Assembly: GCF_009914755.1 (NCBI RefSeq)
Contig: NC_060927.1
Source of the DNA: the human T2T-CHM13v2.0 reference genome, Homo sapiens
DNA length: 64,000 nt
Reading direction: 5' to 3' (one strand)
Shown: positions 56,501 to 64,000 of the stretch, one piece after another
Layout: every line of letters starts with the position of its first letter
How positions within the stretch are numbered: position 1 is the first letter of the stretch
The notes under the pieces: generated by a model
The model's input: the letters and a program-made list of their open reading frames with translations, nothing else
The model's database searches: none
Told to the model about the DNA's origin: nothing
Translations under genes and position numbers: made by a program

Positions 56501-58307
56501 AAGTGGAAATCTCGGGAGGGCGAGACGCCCAGCACATGGTTATCCTGTGGACTGCAGGAATAGTGAGTAGTTTGTTAAGCAATAATTATTTTTATTAACT
56601 TGGGGGAGAGAAAGTTTTCACATGTGTATTTCTCCTTGCCTTCTCTCCATGCCACCCATTTTACTGATATGTTTTTAAGGAAGAATCACCGAGTTAGTTC
56701 TGACTCTCATTTAGGTAAATGTTTCCAATTCATTTAAGGTTATCGGCTTTTGTGTTTTGTCCCACTACAGATGGGCTTGCGGTTCTGTTTAAAAGATGGG
56801 TCATCATTACATATATAGAAACCTAATCCAGGTTTAGTAGTGTCAACAGATGTCTTCATGAAATCTGATTTTAAAAAATCAATTTCTGTGGTTGATTTGG
56901 AAGGAGTGGGCCCAAATCTAGAAGCACGGACATGGGCTATCATTTCAGTGCCTTTTAGAAAAATTGCAAAGCAGGAAGTAAACCTTGCTTGCTGAGGTTT
57001 AAGGATGGATGGGTCTAATTTTGTTTTGCATTTATATTTAATGGCCTGGGTGCCTTTCCTGTGGGCTGGTGCACATTTAGCTAATGAATGCCTTCTGAGG
57101 AGACCTTGTTGGTTATATGGAGGGCACCCCCCAGCCTCCTCATCTGGAAGCCCAGAGAGAAACCTGGTGCCGTTGCCCGCAAGGCCGCTGCAGGGCTCAC
57201 CTGCAGAGTTGTTTTTGTGTTGCCCACTCGCCTGGATTGTTAGTTTGTAAAAATCAAAGGACTAAGGCAGAAGCCCTGATGCTGACCCCGAGTTATTAAA
57301 TTGGTTCCTCTGGCCATTTTTCTCAGCCACAGAGCTGCCCACTAGCCACGGGCCCTGACCCCGGGCTGTGGCGTATGCCTCTCTCTCCTTGGGGCCGTCA
57401 GCCTTGCAGTTTGTAAAGCCATCATTCAGTTGAGTTCAGGCTGTTGGTTCTATTTTTCTCAAGTACAGTTTGTTATTTTGCTCTGCTTTGCTGCTCATAT
57501 GCGAGGACCTTTCTTGGCCAGCCTCTTGAGATCTTCTGTTCTGGTGATAGATGCTTGATTCAGGTTTGGAGAGCAGCTTAGTGTCCTCAGATAATTCTGG
57601 GAAAGCAACTGAAGAGTGATCTGGTTCTACAAGCTGGTGACTGGACCCACAATACCCAGAAGAGGTCTGCATTTTGCCCCTGGCACCGCAGAGTGAAAGG
57701 GAGGCCAGAGTTCTCTGCAGACTCCACCTGTTCTCCTTACTGCCCTTTGTAGTGAATGGACATTGACTCAAGTTTGTCTATCTACACTCTTTGGGGAGCC
57801 CCTTAAAACCCGGATTTGACTTGGAAATGAAGCTTTTGGTTATGGCTTCTGATCATGCTATATGTGGTAGAAGCTTAGTGTCTGTATTTTTAAAATTCAG
57901 ACTGGCTTTTAATACTGGGTAACTAAGTCATAGATGAGGGGAAGTTGATGGAGTGATGGAAATAGACAATTGCCATTTTGCAGCCCATCAATGAATTGAT
58001 GGATCTGGGCATGAGACATCGACACTTGGTAATATCCTCCAGAGACAATAAGCTGTTGTTTGCCCCTGACAGTAGAATACTTTACCTCCAAGGAAGTAGT
58101 CTTATAAAAACAAATACAGCTGATCTGTTCAAGTAACAATTTACAGTAACTACAGAGGACACGAAAACATGGTAAAACAATGTTGTTAGGGATACCATTG
58201 GCCTATTCCAGACTGACCAAAGGTCTGCTTTCTTTAACAAATAAATTACAAGAAAGGAAAAAATGATGGAATGGAAAACCTACAGATTAAAGAATTTGAG
58301 ACATATC

Positions 58308-58410
58308 CATGAAAGTCTGTAGTCTCAGCTACCTGGGCGGCTGAAAAGGGAAGATTGCTTGACCCCACAAGTTCATTTCTAGCCTGGGAAACATAGCAAG
58401 ACCCCATCTG
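58308..58410 (+). mobile_element. FLAM-type free Alu monomer
   Basis: CTGTAGTCTCAGCTAC...GATTGCTTGACCCC...AGCCTGGGAAACATAGCAAGACCCCATCT. Confidence 0.8.
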
Positions 58411-58411
58411 G

Positions 58412-58412
58412 G

Positions 58413-58446
<34 letters not shown>

Positions 58447-58471
58447 CAGAGACAGACAGACAGAGACAGAC
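58412..58471. repeat. (GA)n(GACA)n microsatellite
   Basis: Direct reading. Confidence 0.92.
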
Positions 58472-58649
58472 ATACCAACTGATCTCCATATGTACCTTAT
58501 TTAGATCCCAATTCAAATGAATTAACTAGTAAAATCTGGGCATTTGGAGATTTGAACCCTGATTGGAAATGGGGCAAAATTAGGGGAGAGTTGTTAAATT
58601 TTTCTAGGTCCAATAATAACTTTGTGTTTTTATTTTAAAAGCACCTATT

Positions 58650-58932
58650 GGCTGGGCGCGGTGGCTCATGCCTGTAATGCCAGCACTTTGGGAGGCCGAG
58701 GCGGTGAATCACTTGAGGTCAGGAGTTCGAGACCAGCCTGGCCAACATGATGAAACCCCCATCTCTACTAAAAATACAAAAATTAGCTGGGAATGGTGGC
58801 GCACGCCTGTAATCCCAGACAGGAGAATTGCTCTAACCAGGGAGGTAGAGGTTGCAGGTGAGCTGAAATTGCACCAGTGCACTCCAGCCTGGGTAACAGA
58901 ATGAGACTCTGTCTCAAAAAAAAAAACAAAAA
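58650..58932 (+). mobile_element. Alu (AluSx-like), right-arm deletion
   Basis: AAAAGCACC on both flanks; CCCAG joins directly to ACAGGAGAATTG. Confidence 0.95.
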
Positions 58933-60429
58933 AGCACCCACTGTAACACAGTGAATGTATATAGAGGACAGTCAGCAAATGCTTATTGAATGGTCAGTTT
59001 GATGATATAATATTTAAGTTTAATTGGATTCTTATAGATGAACTAGGATACCCTTTTCATTCTGAGTTGACCATTTGCACCTTGTAGGAAGGAACAGGTG
59101 AGGCTTCCAAGTTTGTCCTCCTTCCTGCTCTGTGGAACCAAATCCATTATGTACACAGCCCCTACCCTAACAGAGACGATCACAATCACATTTAAATTAT
59201 ACAGTGCACCTACAGAGTTTCAGCAGATGTGTGAATATTAAGTTATTAATAACTAATTGGGTGCTAATTATGTGCCCTGGAGTTCTTGGAGTGATAAAGA
59301 AGTGTCACCTACTGTGTCAGGCCTCTGTCTTTTCAGCTTTGGAAAATCATTTTTGGCAGATGTGCCAAAGTTAACTTTGGAGCTTTAGGTTTTGAATATC
59401 ATTTCTCACAAGTCTTATTTTATTTTTTTATGCCTTGTGAAAACTTACTGTGAAACTGATGTGACTTCCCATAAGTAAAAATTGCATGTACTGTTTTCCA
59501 AAGAGGGGGTGGCCTGTGTGTGATGATAGTGTTTCATCTCTCGGGAGATGGAAGAACTAACATTAATCCCAGGGGAGAATTTAAAGCTGCTCAAGGGAAT
59601 TCAGAAGTGATTCTGAAGCCCAGTGGGTTTTTGGTATATTTTGGGAGATAACTGGTTTGGAAGGGCTTTGAACTTGGATCTTGCAAGTCTTAGCTCCATC
59701 ACTAAGGATACGCATCTCGTATTTGTGCACACACGCCCCCACTGCCCCCTTTTTGTTCCATCTCTATCCGAAATAGGACTAGTTTGGCTTTTGTTAACTG
59801 GAAGAAATCATTGAGTTAGAAAGCCTGGATACCAGGTTAGGATACTAGGAATGTGATCCATGGTTTCTAAGATTTATAGAATCCTGTTAAATTTAGAAGA
59901 AGGGTTTTAATGAGATAATCATTGAAAGGCTACACTCTCCCCTTTCTGTCTCTAGTTGCTTGTAAGCTTTAGATTGCTGGAACTTTGTGCCTCCTATTTG
60001 GAACAGGCAATACACTCATTTGTCTTAAAGTCAAATCCAACAAGAAAAGAAGGTGTTGCTTTATGGTCGACATAACCCATTTGCTGCTGGAAAGTTGTTA
60101 GGACATTAGAGCTGCTTGGTTTGCTTTGTCTTTTAAAATTAGCTTCATAAATGCACACAATTGAAGAGGCTCCTGATCTTGGATATTGCTTTTCCTTCTC
60201 CCACTAAGAACATTAAAAAAATCTCAGTATTTCCAACCCAGGGTTAAAAATATAATATAAAAGGTAGAAGGGAAAACTGAAGATGAAAGTAAACAAATAG
60301 AAGGCCAGAGTTACCAAATATTGACAATGATTAACACCTGTTTGTTACTGGTCAAGCTGGCCAAAAACCCAGTGTTTGCATTTAGCCACAGAAAATAAAA
60401 GCTCTCCCAGTTGGGTTGTGATTAATAGC

Positions 60430-61095
60430 TTTGTCCACACCCCGCATTCCTTTTCTATGCTGTGTGTTTGCCCACCTGTTGTTTGGAACTCCTTTCTAGG
60501 TTTTGGCCTTAACTGATAGATGATTCCTGGTGGGATCCAGAGACTGTCTGAGGTTCAGGTTTCCAGCCTCCCTTGCAGCTAGTGTGTGGGCATGTGACCC
60601 GGGCTCCACCAATCACATGCATCTGTCCCAGACTTTGGATTTACTGCTAGTTTTGCCAACACAGACAGAAGAAAAGACATTTTGCCAGTTGCTACAACAT
60701 CCTGTTGACAAGAATAGCAGTGGTGGTAGAGAAGCCTCGTTGCCTTAACGGGGCTAGTTCCTGAGCTCCATTATCTAGCCCACGGGTTGGCAAATTTTTT
60801 CTCTAAAGGGCCTGATAGTAGATGCTTTAGATCCTATGGACCATACAATCTTTGTTGGAATTATTGATCTTTGTTGTGGTGTTGTGAAAGCAGCCATAGA
60901 CAATATGTGAGCAAATGAGCATGGATGTGTTCCAGCAAAACTTTATGTACAATAACAGGCAGTTGCCTGATTTGACTGTAGTTTGCCAATACCAGATCTA
61001 GCCTAACCAGTGATCCTGGGAGCTGAGCTACCCAAAACTTTCAGTAAATTCTGTTTCTTAGATCAGGTAGACTTGGTTTATTTTCCTTGCCACTA
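60430..61095 (+). mobile_element. LTR33-like ERVL LTR split by MER58A
   Basis: TTTCCAGCCTCCCTTGCAGCTAGTGTGTGGGCATGTGACCCGGGCTCCACCAATCA; 3' part CTTTCAGTAAATTCTGTTTCTTA. Confidence 0.7.
60781..60995 (+). mobile_element. MER58A, full length
   Basis: Perfect 8-bp hAT TSD ATCTAGCC at 60773-60780 and 60996-61003; GGTTGGCAAA / TTTGCCAA termini. Confidence 0.95.
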
Positions 61096-61254
61096 GGGTA
61101 TTCATTCCTATTTCCAGACTTCATAATCTAACTTACTATGTGCAGAGGCCATAAAATCTTACCTGCTTTATACAGACACAAATAAGGACTCCTCCATTCA
61201 GAGAGAGTAACTCTTTTGGATAAAATATGGTTTGTTTTTGATTCTCTGCAGTAG

Positions 61255-61563
<309 letters not shown>

Positions 61564-61659
61564 AGATCATCTAATTCTTAATTGAACTGCCTTCTTTGTC
61601 CAAAACTCTTCTGGAATTACACATCTAGAAATGCTCCCATTCAAAACATTATTCCCCTA

Positions 61660-62345
61660 GAGGAGTTCTTTGTACCCTTTCCCCAGCCTCCCCCAATGAT
61701 GCATTCTATATACTTATAGTGTAATATCAAAACCAAGAAACTGACATTATCAATTCACAGACTTTATTCAGATTTCACCAGTTTAACATGCACTTATTTG
61801 TATTTACTCAGTGGTGTTTGTGGTGTGTATGTGTATGTATAGTTTTATGCATTTCTTTCATATGTGTAGATTTGTGTGACCAGCATCACAATCTAGATAC
61901 AGGACAGTTCCATCACTGCAAAGATCTCATATGCTACCCCTTGATAGCCACCCCCACATCCCTAACCTCTAGCAATTACTAACCCATTGTTATTTCGAGA
62001 ATGTCATTATATAAAGGAAATCATACGGTACATAACCTTTTGGTGCTGGCTTGCTTTACTCAGTGTAGCTCCCCAGACCCATCCAAGTTGTTTGTTCCTT
62101 TTTATTCCTGAGCAGTATTCCATGGTAGGGATGTGGCAGTTTGTTTATCCGTTCATCTGTTGAAGAACATCTGGGCTTTTCCTAGTTTGGGGCTATTACA
62201 AATAAAGCTGCTTATGAACATTTGTGTACATAGTTTTTGAGTGAACCTAAGTTTTTATTTCTCTGAGATAAATGCTCAAGGGTGCCATTGCTGGGTCGTA
62301 TAGTAAGTACATATTTAGTTTTATGGGAAACTGCCAGACTATTCT
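61660..62345 (-). mobile_element. L1MC1/2-type 3' fragment
   Basis: AATATCAAAACCAAGAAACTGACATT...TTATTCAGATTTCACCAGTTT...GGCTATTACAAATAAAGCTGC...GAAACTGCCAGACT. Confidence 0.88.
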
Positions 62346-62464
62346 CCTTTACTAAGCACGTGATAACTGGAATTGGCAGTGTTTGAACAGCTCTTCCTGT
62401 CTTTCATTTTACCGTCTTTCACACCATTATCTGGATTAATTTTTAAACAAAAGAGGAATTGCAG

Positions 62465-63060
<596 letters not shown>

Positions 63061-64000
63061 TTACGAAGTGTCCTGATTGTGATTGCGGCCTGTGAGGCCC
63101 GTTATGGCTTGTCTATCTACTGACACTCCCTTGTACCCATCCGTGAATCCTCTGTCCTCTTGGGTTTTATTTTTCTGTCTTGCTTTTGATATGCCTGAAG
63201 CCCAAGACAGGCTGCAACTTCATGATAAGTGGAGGCTTCATGTTTGATTAAACCAGTCCTATGCATTGTCACCTGAGAATATCCTGACAGTGGAATTAGT
63301 AAAGGAGACTACTGCAGGGTGTTGTGGACCCCCGTGGTGATGAAGACACTCTGAGATTAAAATAACATATTAGGAGATTCGTTAACATAGTTGTCCATTC
63401 GTTACCCAGGCAATCCTTGTTTCATTCATAAGGTCTCATGACTGCATCTTAGTTGGACTTAGCAGCACCTAACTTCTGCGGATTCCCTGGCATCCCTCCA
63501 GGACCCCATTCTTTCCTGCCTTGAATGCCTTCCTGTGTTTCACACATAGGCACCAAGGATCCAGGTGGAAGACACCTAGCTTGCTCCTACCAGGCTACAC
63601 ATTTTCACCCGAGGGGAAATGAAAACTGGGCAGCAAAAGAGAGGTTTTCTTTTGGAATTACACATCTTGAAATACCTCAGTTCCTCTGTCCTGAGACAAA
63701 GGCATTTCATTTTTTGTTGGCAGCTAAATGCAGGGTGTTTGAGTGGGGTGACCCCAGGCTGATGCACCAAGGGAACGTCTAATGCCTGCACTTCCCAGGC
63801 TTTCTGCTGCAGAACACACACTCATTTGGCTGCCATCTGTAATACAGTCAGAGAGAGAGGGCAGACATTTTTCTATTAGGTTCTATTACCTTGTATTGGA
63901 AGAATAATGGCATGTTGCTTGAATGTTTCCCAAGAGAATGTTTTCTGTGCTCCGTGTATATTTCAAACTCCAAATAAGAAAAGTAATGAGGGTTGGGGGC

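Larger units (their letters stand above)
58170..58640 (+). mobile_element. L1ME-type 3' fragment interrupted by an Alu monomer
   Basis: TTTCTTTAACAAATAAATTACAAG...ACAGATTAAAGAATTTGAGACAT...CTTATTTAGATCC...TTGTTAAATTTT. Confidence 0.6.

Noticed and set aside
57436-57771. 111-aa minus-strand ORF in unique sequence
   Set aside because: Non-ATG start, no recognisable homology, no poly(A)/TSD of a retrocopy

Overview
Primate (most likely human) non-coding genomic DNA with the character of one long intron of a large gene. I see no recognisable protein-coding exon, structural RNA gene, CpG island or promoter, and I cannot name the host gene. About 35 Alu copies (J, S and Y age classes, many with readable target-site duplications) are mixed with MIR, L2, L3/CR1, old L1 fragments, MaLR/ERVL solo LTRs (MST, MLT1, LTR33) and DNA-transposon relics (MER58A/B, MER5, MER20, MER102, MER63, MER2, MER44A). 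Several kb-scale repeat-free stretches are candidates for regulatory DNA. Most L1 fragments lie on the minus strand, which weakly suggests a + strand host transcript. Nearly all ORFs in the supplied track are Alu/LTR/L1 read-through. Repeat subfamily names come from recalled consensus motifs, not a database search, and boundaries without a TSD are approximate (tens of bp). I did not find a convincing new biological system. The items most worth a second look are an old local ~300 bp duplication (24255-24557 vs 26357-26665), several short snap-back hairpins inside repeats, TSD-resolved nested insertions, an inverted-Alu cluster, and a few candidate cryptic/micro-exons and recursive-splice-like AG|GT sites.
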